DNA from: an uncultured Nitrospiraceae bacterium | Lineage (GTDB): Bacteria; Nitrospirota; Nitrospiria; Nitrospirales; Nitrospiraceae | Direction of reading: 5' to 3' | Assembly (NCBI GenBank): GCA_963846575.1 | Contig: CAWJWJ010000001.1 | Span: 832,001 to 896,000 of the forward strand | Length of the DNA stretch: 64,000 nt | Shown: in pieces, positions 42,471-52,335 of the stretch | Position numbering within the stretch: the first letter of the stretch is position 1 | How the letters are laid out: each line of letters starts with the position of its first letter | Translations under genes and position numbers: made by a program | Notes under the pieces: model-generated | Told to the model about the DNA's origin: nothing | Seen by the model: the letters and a program-made list of their open reading frames with translations, nothing else | Databases searched by the model: none

Positions 42471-43463
42471 ATGCAGTCTACAAGTCCGACCAAGGTCATT
42501 ATCGATACTGATCCCGGGGCTGACGATGCCCTGGCAATCCTGCTGGCTTTGGCCTCCCCGGAATTGGAAGTGGTGGGATTGACGACGGTGTGCGGGAATG
42601 TACCGGTCGGTCAGGCCACAAAGAATTTACTTAGAATTCTCAGTCTCGCAAAAACACCCCCGGGGCTGTTAGTGGGGCAGGGAGCAGCGAGACCGTTGGA
42701 GGAAGCGCTGGTGACAGCGCTGCAAGTCCATGGGAGCGACGGGCTTGGCGAATTGGATCGGATGCTCACCGCGGCGGGGACGCCACGGTATCCTTCGGCC
42801 CGGTTGCCGTCGGTGCTACCCACCGCCCAGGATGTGTGGACGGATTGCGTGCGTCGATATCCCGATGAAGTGACCCTGATTACGCTCGGGCCACTGACAA
42901 ATCTGGCGCTGGGCTTGAAAGTGAATTCCTTGACGGTCCAGAAGTTTCACGCGGTTATTGCAATGGGCGGCGCCCTCGGCGTGCCTGGAAATATCTCCCC
43001 CGCGGCCGAATTCAATATGTACGTAGATCCGCATGCCGCCCATCGAGTGTTTCAGGCCTTGCTCCCATTGACTCTTGTACCACTCGACGTGACGACGCGT
43101 GTAGGGGTGACCCGAGATATCCTGGCGGGCTGGGCCGCCGAGTCGCGCAGCCCGCTCGAGTGCATTGTGGCTGATGTGACGGACAAGGCATTCGGTTTTG
43201 CGGAAGAATATGAAGGTCACGGGCTGTTTTATTTCCACGATCCACTGGCCGTCCTGGCAGCGATCGATCCCTCATTGATGAGGATTGAGTCTCTCCACGT
43301 ATCGGTTGAAATGGTGGGGCAAGTGGCTCGAGGAGTCACGATTGCCGATCGGCGTCTACGGAGACCTGAACAAAAGCCAATTCCGAACATGCGCGTGGCC
43401 ATCGATGTCGATGTGGACCGCGCGTTGCACCTGCTTCGGTCCCGCCTCTGCCCATGGTCATAG
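42471..43463 (+). CDS. Nucleoside hydrolase (IU-NH family)
   Basis: IIDTDPGADD, GPLTNL, AEFN..DP, HDP. Confidence 0.93.
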   Translation: MQSTSPTKVIIDTDPGADDALAILLALASPELEVVGLTTVCGNVPVGQATKNLLRILSLAKTPPGLLVGQGAARPLEEALVTALQVHGSDGLGELDRMLTAAGTPRYPSARLPSVLPTAQDVWTDCVRRYPDEVTLITLGPLTNLALGLKVNSLTVQKFHAVIAMGGALGVPGNISPAAEFNMYVDPHAAHRVFQALLPLTLVPLDVTTRVGVTRDILAGWAAESRSPLECIVADVTDKAFGFAEEYEGHGLFYFHDPLAVLAAIDPSLMRIESLHVSVEMVGQVARGVTIADRRLRRPEQKPIPNMRVAIDVDVDRALHLLRSRLCPWS

Positions 43464-44371
43464 TTATCGGTTCCAGCAATATTGATTTCGCCGTGACGAC
43501 CGACCGATTCCCCGCATCTGGCGAAACCGTGATCGGACACTATTTCGCCCAATCGTTCGGCGGGAAAGGGGCGAATCAGGCCGTCGCCGCCGCCAGGGCG
43601 GGAGCGCAGGTCGTCTTTCTTAGCAAGATCGGCAGGGACGCTCACGGGCGATTGATTGAAGATCATTTGGCCGCTCAGGGACTGAATCACCTCGCCCTGC
43701 TTCGTGACGAACGGGCGCCGACCGGCGTGGCAATGATTCTTGTCAATGAAAGAGGTGACAATCAGATCGCAGTCGTTCCAGGCAGCAACGGTTGTCTCAC
43801 GCCTGATGAAGTCCGGCAGAACGCTACGCTGATGGCGGGCGCGCGAGTACTGCTGGTCCAGATGGAAATTCCGACAGAGACGGTTCTCGCAGCACTGACT
43901 CTCGCCAAGCAGTTGGGTCTCATCACGATTCTCAACCCAGCTCCGGCTGGTCCCTTATCGTCGGAGATTCTGCGGTTGGTGGACATCCTGACCCCCAATA
44001 GGCTGGAAGCTCAGACGCTTGCCGGATCGGCCGATGTCGCGGAGGCGGCTCATCTCCTGACGGCGCGTGGCGTAGGGGCCGTGGTGGTGACATGTGGCGT
44101 GGAGGGAGCGGTGCTGTACCGGACCAAGAGCGTGATCTCCATCCCGGCATTCCCTGTCGCTGCGATTGACTCGACCGGTGCCGGGGATGCTTTTAATGGT
44201 GCGCTTGCCTATGTTGTGGCTGATGGCATGCCATTGGAGTCGGCCATTGTGACGGCCAATGCTGCCGGAGCGTTAGCGACCACCAGACGAGGCGCCCAGG
44301 CGTCGATGCCAACCAAGCGGGAAATTGCCACGTTGCTTCATTCAGGGGAACAGAAGTTTCCGTCGGCATAG
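43454..44371 (+). CDS. rbsK: Ribokinase
   Basis: GSSNID, GGKGANQA, NPAPA, DSTGAGDAFNG. Confidence 0.92.
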   Translation: MVIVIGSSNIDFAVTTDRFPASGETVIGHYFAQSFGGKGANQAVAAARAGAQVVFLSKIGRDAHGRLIEDHLAAQGLNHLALLRDERAPTGVAMILVNERGDNQIAVVPGSNGCLTPDEVRQNATLMAGARVLLVQMEIPTETVLAALTLAKQLGLITILNPAPAGPLSSEILRLVDILTPNRLEAQTLAGSADVAEAAHLLTARGVGAVVVTCGVEGAVLYRTKSVISIPAFPVAAIDSTGAGDAFNGALAYVVADGMPLESAIVTANAAGALATTRRGAQASMPTKREIATLLHSGEQKFPSA

Positions 44372-44572
44372 GTCTGGCAGTGCGCGTCTCGCCTGATACT
44401 TGAACGGTGGTGCGGTAGGACAAGTGTCCGGGGCGAATGCCCTTCCGTAAAACGCTGCGTGCTCGCCGGTTTAAAGCTACGATTCAGTGCCTGTATCTGG
44501 CGGTGAGGTGGAGGTGTCTTACCCTCGGCAGGGTGGCGGTCCGATTCGTCGCTCACAAAGGCATTAACGACC

Positions 44573-45127
44573 CTACAGGCTACCATCTCGGCTATCTTTG
44601 TTCGTGTTCAGCCAAGGCCGTAACGTGCAAAAGGCACTTAACATCGTCTCATATAAATAAGCAGCGTTCCGTCCGCTGGGGTTGGGGAGAAGTACAACGG
44701 CGGAGTCATGCAGGAGGACTGGTTGCAGGCCTGGTTTGCGAGATTTCTGTCTTGCCTCGAGAGGGAACACAACGGGATAGAGTGTCATACCAAGCAGTGC
44801 AACTACCCGAGGACGATACCGACGAACCTTGCGCATAAGAGCCAGCCGACCCGCAGCATAGTCGTCCGAGGTTAGGCCATCCATGCCCGCGGTGGCTCTA
44901 GGGACGAGGTTGGTCAGCCCGATCCCCCACTGAGGGAGCCGGGCGTCATCGCGGTAGCTCAGTGGTTCCGGTACTAGAGCCGCCTCATACAACAGCTTCC
45001 AAAAACGATTGGTTGCACCGGCATAATGGTGTTTGAGGGCAGCGGAGCGTAACCCAGGGTTGATGCCAACGAATAAAATGCTCAGGTCGGACGCCAGATA
45101 GTCAGGGAGTACGGATCGCGATGTCAT
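44573..45127 (-). CDS. mug: G:T/U mismatch-specific DNA glycosylase
   Basis: GINPG, NRFW, GLTNL, LPNPSGRN. Confidence 0.9.
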   Translation of the reverse strand: MTSRSVLPDYLASDLSILFVGINPGLRSAALKHHYAGATNRFWKLLYEAALVPEPLSYRDDARLPQWGIGLTNLVPRATAGMDGLTSDDYAAGRLALMRKVRRYRPRVVALLGMTLYPVVFPLEARQKSRKPGLQPVLLHDSAVVLLPNPSGRNAAYLYETMLSAFCTLRPWLNTNKDSRDGSL

Positions 45128-45293
45128 ACTAGTTTCAGCGGTTCCGCCTGGTTCCGCCTCCGTGCAAGTGATTGCGCTGGTGGTCGATGCCATTGGCTGA
45201 TGAGGCAGTTTAGTTTAAGGCGCGCTATTCTGCCACAGGGCGAGAGCGGGTCCTGAATAAGAACTTCGCTCGGGTTTCGGCTGACTTTTATAA

Positions 45294-45338
45294 AAACAAC
45301 GGGTTGGAAATACATCCATGGTCGGCAAGGACTTTGCT
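45294..45338 (+). promoter_or_regulatory. Putative sigma54 promoter with upstream IHF-like site
   Basis: CGGCAAGGACTTTGCT (GG-N10-GC) at 45323-45338; AAACAACGGGTTG at 45294-45306, one mismatch to WATCAANNNNTTR. Confidence 0.55.
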
Positions 45339-45392
45339 TTACGCAGGGCAGTCGGTGTTCGGTAATCTCAACATAACAGGAGGTGAGTGAGA

Positions 45393-45611
45393 ATGAAGAA
45401 GTTGATGTTGACAGTGATGGCGGCCGCTTTGTTGGTTGTGTTCAGCGCTCCTTCTTTCGCCGGTGAGGGCAAGAAGAAGGACGAGAAGAAGGGTGGACAC
45501 TTCTCTGAGACGTTCATGGGTGAAGAGAAGAAGAAGGACGAGAAGAAGGGCGGACACCTCTCCCAGACTGTGTTCGGAGAAGAGAAGAAGAAAGATAAGG
45601 GCGGAAAGTAA
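45393..45611 (+). CDS. Small secreted Lys/Glu-rich repeat protein
   Basis: AGGAGG RBS, Sec signal ending APSFA, 2.5 copies of a 19-aa repeat. Confidence 0.8.
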   Translation: MKKLMLTVMAAALLVVFSAPSFAGEGKKKDEKKGGHFSETFMGEEKKKDEKKGGHLSQTVFGEEKKKDKGGK

Positions 45612-45673
45612 TTATCCTCTCTTGACGAGGCTAGGTGGGTTGGGAGGTCTGTCGCTCTTCTGGCGAAGACCTT

Positions 45674-46201
45674 TCAACCCGCCTCCTGACGCCGCCCTTG
45701 CCTGATGTAGACCGCCTGTAACCCGACGATAGTTTTTCCGTCTCGAATAGTCCCGTCCTCAATTTTCTGAATTGCCTCCTGCAGCGGCATTTCCACCACC
45801 TCCAAGACTTCATCCTGATCCAGGTTTTGTGTTCCAATTGTCAGGCCGGTCGCAAGGTAGATGTGGATGACTTCATCGGCAAAGCCCGGTGCGGTGAAGA
45901 TACTTGTAAGAAGTTCGAATCGCCCCGCTCTATAACCAATCTCTTCCTCCAGTTCACGTGCCGCACAGTCCAGCGGGTCTTCTTGCGGATGCAGTTTTCC
46001 GGCCGGGATTTCGTAAATAAATCCATTCGCTGCATGCCGGAATTGACGAATCAGTACGACCGTTCCGTCTGATTTTAAGGGGACAACGGCGGAGGCCCCG
46101 GGATGACGGATGACCTCCAAATCGATCGTATGGCCGTTCGGTAGGCGTACGGTATCGATGTTGAGGGTGACCACCGTGCCTTTGTAGATCGGTTTGACCA
46201 T
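45674..46201 (-). CDS. NUDIX hydrolase (ADP-ribose pyrophosphatase-like)
   Basis: EIPAGK..AARELEEEIG Nudix box. Confidence 0.9.
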   Translation of the reverse strand: MVKPIYKGTVVTLNIDTVRLPNGHTIDLEVIRHPGASAVVPLKSDGTVVLIRQFRHAANGFIYEIPAGKLHPQEDPLDCAARELEEEIGYRAGRFELLTSIFTAPGFADEVIHIYLATGLTIGTQNLDQDEVLEVVEMPLQEAIQKIEDGTIRDGKTIVGLQAVYIRQGRRQEAG

Positions 46202-46205
46202 GATT

Positions 46206-47315
46206 CTAAGGAGCCCCGTAGACTTTTCTGTAAAATGGCGGTTTCACAACAACGGCCGGACAAGATTTGCCTCGAATATCAATCAGGATGGGAGAGCCGG
46301 GCTGGGCGTCCGCAGGTGGGACATAGCCCATGCCGATACCTTTTTGCAGAATGGGGGATAGGTTTCCGCTGGTGACCTCACCCATCTCGTCATGTGGAGC
46401 CTCTGCCCTCAAAATTTTGAATCCATGGCGTGGTACAGCTTTTTCCACGAGTTCGAAGGCGACCAATTGCCGACTCACTCCACGGGATTGTTGGGCCAGG
46501 AGTTCAGCGCGGCCGACAAACTCGCCCTTATCGAACTTCACCACCCATTCCGCACCGGCTTCGAGAGGTGTCCTCTCCTCGGTCATGTCGTTGCCGTACA
46601 GCAGATAAGCCATTTCGAGACGCAACAGATCTCGTGCTCCTAAACCTGCGGGCTTGATACCGAGGGGACTGCCAGTGTTGAGTAGTCGATGCCAGACCTC
46701 AGGCGCGCCTTCCGCGGGGAGATATAGTTCGTAGCCCAATTCACCAGTGTAGCCTGTGCGCGTAAGAAGCACCGATCGCCCACACAGACTCGCGTTCAGG
46801 CAATGACGAACCTTCAGGGTCTCGAGATCTGCGAGGCCAGCTCGAGTCAGGATCTCACGTGAGGCAGGACCTTGAATGGCAATTTGCGCGAGTGTGGAGG
46901 ACAGGTCCTGAACTTTGCAGTCCTGAGCCGGTGAGAGTTGCTCGTGCAGCCATGCGACGATCTTTGCTCGATTGGACGCGTTGACACAGACGAGAAACTC
47001 GAATGGCTTCACGTGATAGACAAAAATGTCATCCATGATGCCCCCGGTTGGGGCACAGATCATGGAGTAGTGAGACTGGCCCACAGATAACTTCGAAACG
47101 TCGTTGGTGGTGACGCCTTGTAAGAAGGTGAACGCTCCCTGTCCGGTCACACCGACGCGGCCCATGTGACTGACGTCAAACAGGCCGGCATGGTGGCGGA
47201 CAGTTAAGTATTCATCGACGACGCCCGAATACTGGATGGGCATTTCCCATCCGGCGAAGTCCACGAGCTTACCCTGTAGCTTCCGATGAGCGTCGATTAA
47301 AGGGGTCTGTAGCAT
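46206..47315 (-). CDS. gcvT: Glycine cleavage aminomethyltransferase
   Basis: FAGWEMP, FDVSHMG, RTGYTGELGYE, GLGARDLLRLE. Confidence 0.96.
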   Translation of the reverse strand: MLQTPLIDAHRKLQGKLVDFAGWEMPIQYSGVVDEYLTVRHHAGLFDVSHMGRVGVTGQGAFTFLQGVTTNDVSKLSVGQSHYSMICAPTGGIMDDIFVYHVKPFEFLVCVNASNRAKIVAWLHEQLSPAQDCKVQDLSSTLAQIAIQGPASREILTRAGLADLETLKVRHCLNASLCGRSVLLTRTGYTGELGYELYLPAEGAPEVWHRLLNTGSPLGIKPAGLGARDLLRLEMAYLLYGNDMTEERTPLEAGAEWVVKFDKGEFVGRAELLAQQSRGVSRQLVAFELVEKAVPRHGFKILRAEAPHDEMGEVTSGNLSPILQKGIGMGYVPPADAQPGSPILIDIRGKSCPAVVVKPPFYRKVYGAP

Positions 47316-47369
47316 CGGCTGTATAGGGATTGCAGTCTTTCGGAGAGATAGACGCGCAACCAGCTCGTC

Positions 47370-47819
47370 CTATTTGACTTCCAATAGTTCGACGTCAAAT
47401 ACGAGCGTGGCGTTGGGGGGAATGACACCGCCGGCTCCCCGAGCCCCATAGCCCAACTGCGGGGGAATAGTCAGCTTTCGTTTTCCTCCAACCTTCATTC
47501 CTGCCACGCCTTCATCCCATCCACGAATCACCTTGCCCGCACCGATCGGAAAGGAGAATGGATCGCGGCGGTCCAGCGAACTGTCGAACTTGGTGCCATT
47601 GGTCAGCCAGCCTGTATAGTGGACCGTAACGAGATTTCCTGTGGCCGCTTCTCGGCCTGTTCCTACCAGAATGTCTACGTACTTCAAGCCGGAGTCCGTG
47701 GTGACCTCTGGGTTCGAGCCCGTTTGTTCACTTTGTGCCATGTTTGGCCTCCCTATATTCAGGAAAAAGAAGATTACGATAACGCAAGTGATAAGCCAGA
47801 AGCGAGTGTGAGTATTCAT
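47370..47819 (-). CDS. FKBP-type peptidyl-prolyl isomerase
   Basis: VHYTGWL, FDSS, VIRGWDEG, IPPNATLVFDVELL. Confidence 0.95.
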   Translation of the reverse strand: MNTHTRFWLITCVIVIFFFLNIGRPNMAQSEQTGSNPEVTTDSGLKYVDILVGTGREAATGNLVTVHYTGWLTNGTKFDSSLDRRDPFSFPIGAGKVIRGWDEGVAGMKVGGKRKLTIPPQLGYGARGAGGVIPPNATLVFDVELLEVK

Positions 47820-47903
47820 GAGTCCTTCCCTATGCAGCCATTGAGTCTCTCGTGGCGGGTTGCGTCAGCCAATATGGCAGTAGCGGTTACCACTGGATGT
47901 TCG

Positions 47904-49106
47904 TCATCGGGCCGGCTTTGAAAATATCGCAATGCTCGCTGTATACCCGTGGAGGAAATTCCGTCCTCCCACCGGGCCTACTTCGCCTTGAGCGAAAAAT
48001 CCTGAGACCGGAATGCCGCCGAACTGTTGCTGCAGCGCGCCTGCATCATGGTTCGGGACGCCGAACAGCCCTTTTCCGCGTCCGCAACAACTGAATAAAA
48101 GGGCGCCACGCGGGGGCGACGATTCGGTGAGCAGCGGGGATGCCAGTAGGGCGTGGAGATCCTGATCGGCGGACTGCGCATCGCGGACCTGAAATTGGAC
48201 GGTTTGTCCTTCCTGAACGACATCTCCAATGACGATGGCCCCCGTTTGCTGATCGGCTCCGATCAGATTGCGGACCAGAAAGTCTCCGCGGGTGAAGTGC
48301 GCCCGATGTTCGTCCATGGCAATGCCGATATGGAGCGCCCGCTGTGCTTGCGCCCGTTCCTCCGCGCTGAGCTGACCGAACACCGTTTGCAAGCACTGCA
48401 AGGCTGGCACACCACCGAGTTCTTGAATGACGTTGTGTTCCGCCTTAGTCACGATGAACCGATCGCCGATTGGGCGACACCCCTGAGAGATGACCGTCTG
48501 CACGGTGATGTTTCCGCCCAAGGCCACGCCGACTAGGCCATCGGTGTGCACCTGATCGTCAAGGAATAGGCGATTACCGCCGACGTCCTGTCCTCCTCCA
48601 GCCAGCCCACCGAGCGTGCGGACGCCAGGATAGCGTTCTTCGATCACGGTCAGCACATCCTGCATGGGCGTGGAGAAGGGGTCTGCAAACAGTAGCATGA
48701 CCGGTGCGGCCTCGCCGGCAACGCGCGGCTCCGGCCACCCGCGTAATGAGAAGTGGTCGTTGATGCTTGAGAAGGAGAGTCGCAACGGCTGCATACTGAC
48801 TTCTGGCAGGTGGGCGGCCCAGAGAGTGGCTGCCGGCCCCGTTTCGACTTCCCGATCCATGGCGATGATCCCTTCGCCCGTGCAGCCGAGAAATGTCTCC
48901 GGGTCGAGCGCGGTGCGGAGTGCCTGTGAGAGAGCCTCAGCCTGATCGGCGTGCTCAGCGGAGATAAACAAAAATGCGACATCGATTCGAGCCGCACCCA
49001 ATTGGTTACGGATCGCCCGCACCAATTCCTCGGCGGCGTTGTGTATGTCGCTCTGCCGCGACAGGGCAGAAGCAAACAGGAATGTCGATGGAGGAGTCAC
49101 GATCAC
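47904..49106 (-). CDS. FIST N/C domain protein
   Basis: GCTGEG, GGLAGG, SQGCRPIG, FSCCGRG, GFFAQGE. Confidence 0.88.
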   Translation of the reverse strand: MIVTPPSTFLFASALSRQSDIHNAAEELVRAIRNQLGAARIDVAFLFISAEHADQAEALSQALRTALDPETFLGCTGEGIIAMDREVETGPAATLWAAHLPEVSMQPLRLSFSSINDHFSLRGWPEPRVAGEAAPVMLLFADPFSTPMQDVLTVIEERYPGVRTLGGLAGGGQDVGGNRLFLDDQVHTDGLVGVALGGNITVQTVISQGCRPIGDRFIVTKAEHNVIQELGGVPALQCLQTVFGQLSAEERAQAQRALHIGIAMDEHRAHFTRGDFLVRNLIGADQQTGAIVIGDVVQEGQTVQFQVRDAQSADQDLHALLASPLLTESSPPRGALLFSCCGRGKGLFGVPNHDAGALQQQFGGIPVSGFFAQGEVGPVGGRNFLHGYTASIAIFSKPAR

Positions 49107-49149
49107 GGGTTGTATCTTCGCAGGCTGACCTAGGACCCTGTCGGGCGGA

Positions 49150-49377
49150 TTAAACCCCAGGGTTCGTGCGTTCAGGCCGATCCGAGGAAAGTTTTTTATA
49201 ATAGCGCCACATATACGAGTGATAATCGTCCAGTTGGGCGAGTAAGTAGTGCAATTCAGTCGGGTCTTGGGTTTCCAATGCCCGGGTCATCCGCACCTTC
49301 AAGAACTCTGCGAATTTATCGGTCTTCTCAATCGCTGTCAGAAGCGCGAGGCCGCCTCCCATATGATAATCAGACAT
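49150..49377 (-). CDS. Hypothetical protein
   Basis: GGAGG RBS, compact ORF in the minus-strand run. Confidence 0.6.
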   Translation of the reverse strand: MSDYHMGGGLALLTAIEKTDKFAEFLKVRMTRALETQDPTELHYLLAQLDDYHSYMWRYYKKLSSDRPERTNPGV

Positions 49378-49470
49378 AGACCTCCCATGCCCAACCTGAT
49401 GAGGTGGAGAATAGACGCGGACTGCTCTAAAAGCAAGGTGCCTAGTGCGCCAGGGTGATTGCTGTGCTCA

Positions 49471-50730
49471 CTAAGGCGCTCTCATAGCGTCGTGGAGCAG
49501 GGCTCGCAGGCGCGGGATGGAAATGGCGTCTGCCCGATACCCGTCCCGTCCCACGACGGTGGTGGCTCCAGTGAGTGCATTCAGGATTGCTTCTTCCGTG
49601 GCTTCCACCGTGGCGGTGATCACTGGGTTCAGATGGGTATCGGCGAGCTGAGTGAGGGGGAAGGTCGGCTCGGCAGGGTAGTGTGGAATGATGTTGCCGG
49701 TGGAGAACGCCAACATAAAATCCCCGCTCCCATGACGCGCGGTGGACCCGGTTCGGGCAAGTCCCAAGGCAGCTCGTTTTCCGAGGCGGGTCAGTTGCCG
49801 TCCGTCCAGCGGGGCGTCGGTGGCGATGACGACGATGATCGATCCTTCGGCGTTGCCCGGGGTTCCTGTGTTCAGCGCGAGCGGCGTCTCCTGCCTCCGG
49901 GTGGGTAAGAGAGTCGATGGAGCGTTCTCGGCCTCATACCGTTGACCGACGGGCACCCCTCCCATCATGAGTTCGGCGCGTCGGCCGTGGTTCGCATTGA
50001 CGAGCACGCCGACCGTGAAGCCGCCAGCGGCATCAGGGAGTCGTCGCGAAGCGGTGCCGATGCCGCCCTTAAACCCGTAGGAGATCATGCCGGTGCCGGC
50101 TCCGACGCTCCCTTCCATGACGGGTCCGGTGGACGCCTCGTCCAGTGCTTGCATGACATCAGTTTCTGAAACATGACGTCCCTGGATATCATTCAGCCGG
50201 CTGTCATCGCATTCGGCCACGACCGGGGTTAATGTATCATCGGTGATCCCGATAGCGGGGTATTGCCGGAGCATCCAGCTCATGACTCCGTTGGCCACTC
50301 GCGGCACATTTAAAGTATTCGTCAGGGCGATGGGATACTCGAGAAATCCTGACTCCGCCACCCAGGCCAAGCCGGTCATCTCGCCAGTGCCGTTTAAGAC
50401 GAACGATCCCGCCGGGACTTTCTTGTGCCAGACATCGTCTCGAGGCACGATCACCGTGACACCGGTTCTGATCGGGCCCTCTCCGGGATGCAGCGGACCA
50501 TCACCCCGCATCAACGTCACCTGTCCGACTTTCACGCCTGGCACGTCGGTGATGGCATTCAACGGCCCGGGCGGTAGCTGGCCCGGACGTAATCCCAGCT
50601 CACGCGCACGGACTCGGTTTTTGGCTAAGTCGGTTAACGGCTCCAGGCTCCAGACGGGCGTAATGGTGACATTCAAGACTGTTACGAGGCAGACCGCTAA
50701 GGCATACAAGCTGTAGTGCGACGGGGTCAT
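49471..50730 (-). CDS. DmpA/P1 family aminopeptidase (peptidase S58), exported
   Basis: NAITDVPGV, TGVT, ECDD, GAGTG, KGGIGTASR, GSIIVV.ATDAP. Confidence 0.9.
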   Translation of the reverse strand: MTPSHYSLYALAVCLVTVLNVTITPVWSLEPLTDLAKNRVRARELGLRPGQLPPGPLNAITDVPGVKVGQVTLMRGDGPLHPGEGPIRTGVTVIVPRDDVWHKKVPAGSFVLNGTGEMTGLAWVAESGFLEYPIALTNTLNVPRVANGVMSWMLRQYPAIGITDDTLTPVVAECDDSRLNDIQGRHVSETDVMQALDEASTGPVMEGSVGAGTGMISYGFKGGIGTASRRLPDAAGGFTVGVLVNANHGRRAELMMGGVPVGQRYEAENAPSTLLPTRRQETPLALNTGTPGNAEGSIIVVIATDAPLDGRQLTRLGKRAALGLARTGSTARHGSGDFMLAFSTGNIIPHYPAEPTFPLTQLADTHLNPVITATVEATEEAILNALTGATTVVGRDGYRADAISIPRLRALLHDAMRAP

Positions 50731-50972
50731 GTCTACCACTCTATTCCTCCGCTCAGGATTAGCTAAAGATGTGAGCTGTTTAGATCTCCAAGTGTCGCAT
50801 CTAGTTGAACCCACCACCGTTATACAAGAATTTTCACATTGTATGGCTGCCGCCCGAGACAGCACTTGTGTGTGCTTAGCCCGGTCGACGAATCCGCTCT
50901 GAGGAGCATGGGTGATAGTGGTGACTGAGACTCATGCTTGCCGCTCCTATGCTATGCAAGCTTGGCGGATTG

Positions 50973-51395
50973 TCAGAAGGGATAGGGGGTGAACAGCGAT
51001 TCCGGCCTGTGACGCACAAAAGCCTGGTGGATAACGACCCAGTTGGAATCGCAAATGAGTTGGTAGGCGTCGGCTCCGAAGCCGGATCGTGACAGGACCA
51101 GGTCCGGATCCACCGGAGACCAGGGTTTTACCAGCCATCCAAAGTTGACCCGTGAATATTTTGCGTTGAGAAACCGGTATGTCACGGTAGTGCCTATTTC
51201 GGCCTCTGTCATGGAGTCCGGTGCGCCTAGCACGTTGACCACTTCTCTCAATGTTGTGCGGCCCTCGGTGATGAAAGCGACATGCTGTGGGGTGAGAGGT
51301 GTGTTGATCGTGAGACGCGCGACATTGCAGCCCGTTAAGGTGGCGCCCGCCACGGTCGTGAGAATCAGCACGCCTAGAAGGCGCCGGATGGTCAT
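50973..51395 (-). CDS. Lipoprotein, SmpA/BamE-like
   Basis: Lipobox LTGC; GRTT..V...LGAPD. Confidence 0.6.
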   Translation of the reverse strand: MTIRRLLGVLILTTVAGATLTGCNVARLTINTPLTPQHVAFITEGRTTLREVVNVLGAPDSMTEAEIGTTVTYRFLNAKYSRVNFGWLVKPWSPVDPDLVLSRSGFGADAYQLICDSNWVVIHQAFVRHRPESLFTPYPF

Positions 51396-51399
51396 AGGT

Positions 51400-51786
51400 T
51401 CAATCCCCGAAAGGCCAAAAGCGGAATTCAAGCCCCTCCGTTCTCTTCGAGGCGATCACCTCCTCTACTGTCCCCTCGCGACTGATCAGGACGAATAAAT
51501 CGTCGCTCTTAACCGAGACTCGGGAAAAGTTTACGAGAATGAGCAGCAGGCTCCCGACCTTGGCATCGTAACGGTAGTATTGAAACAGGTCGCGACCATT
51601 CAGTTGAAGAATCCGGTCAGGGGCTCCGAGCTGGGACAGCACCTCCGATCTCGTTGTGACGCCTTTCTTGATTGTATTGATGGACTCTGTTTTCAGCTCG
51701 TCACCCAGGGTGCCTCGGCTGAACGCGCAGGCGTTCAACGTCAGTATCATGACGGCCAGAAGTGCCACGGGAGCTCGCATGCGCAT
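51400..51786 (-). CDS. Lipoprotein, SmpA/BamE-like
   Basis: Lipobox LNAC; GVTTRSEVLSQLGAPD. Confidence 0.65.
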   Translation of the reverse strand: MRMRAPVALLAVMILTLNACAFSRGTLGDELKTESINTIKKGVTTRSEVLSQLGAPDRILQLNGRDLFQYYRYDAKVGSLLLILVNFSRVSVKSDDLFVLISREGTVEEVIASKRTEGLEFRFWPFGD

Positions 51787-51816
51787 TCCTCCTCTTAGTG
51801 TAGAAAGAAGCCTGTT

Positions 51817-52335
51817 TCAAGGCTTGTAGTCAAGGACGTGCATGTGGGGTAGCACGAAATCAGATTCATAGATTTCATAGTTTGAGGGGGACAGCCCAAC
51901 GCGCTTGTACGCACCTTTGGCGATGTTGTTGTTTCCCTCGACGTAGAGTCGGACTCCGCAGACATCCGCCCGCGACCGCGCCAGGTCCATAATGGTGTGA
52001 TGCATCCGTCGATAGATCCCTTTGCGCCGCCAGGCCGGAGGGACATACACACTTTGGATCCACCAGAATTGAGCATTCCGCCAGTCGCTCCACTCATAGG
52101 TGATGAGAAGCTGTCCGACGATGACTGTATCTGTTTGATCCTCTTGCCGCAAGTCAGCTACGTAATATTGACCTCGTGAAGGCTGTTCGATAACGGCTTG
52201 AGTCCCCAAGCGCAGCCTCGTGCGGTCCAAGGTTCGTTGTTCTGTTTCCCATGCCATGGTGGCGCTGAATTCCGTCAGAATCTCCAGATCTGCAAGCGTT
52301 GCCGGCCGAATGTTTAGACGATCGGATGGCGTCAT
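51817..52335 (-). CDS. GNAT N-acetyltransferase
   Basis: WWIQSVYV..WRRKG, RLYVE.NN..A...Y. Confidence 0.88.
   Translation of the reverse strand: MTPSDRLNIRPATLADLEILTEFSATMAWETEQRTLDRTRLRLGTQAVIEQPSRGQYYVADLRQEDQTDTVIVGQLLITYEWSDWRNAQFWWIQSVYVPPAWRRKGIYRRMHHTIMDLARSRADVCGVRLYVEGNNNIAKGAYKRVGLSPSNYEIYESDFVLPHMHVLDYKP

Noticed and set aside
45462..45608. CRISPR-like array
   Set aside because: Repeats are in-frame coding units, the intervening segments are similar rather than unique, and no cas genes are present
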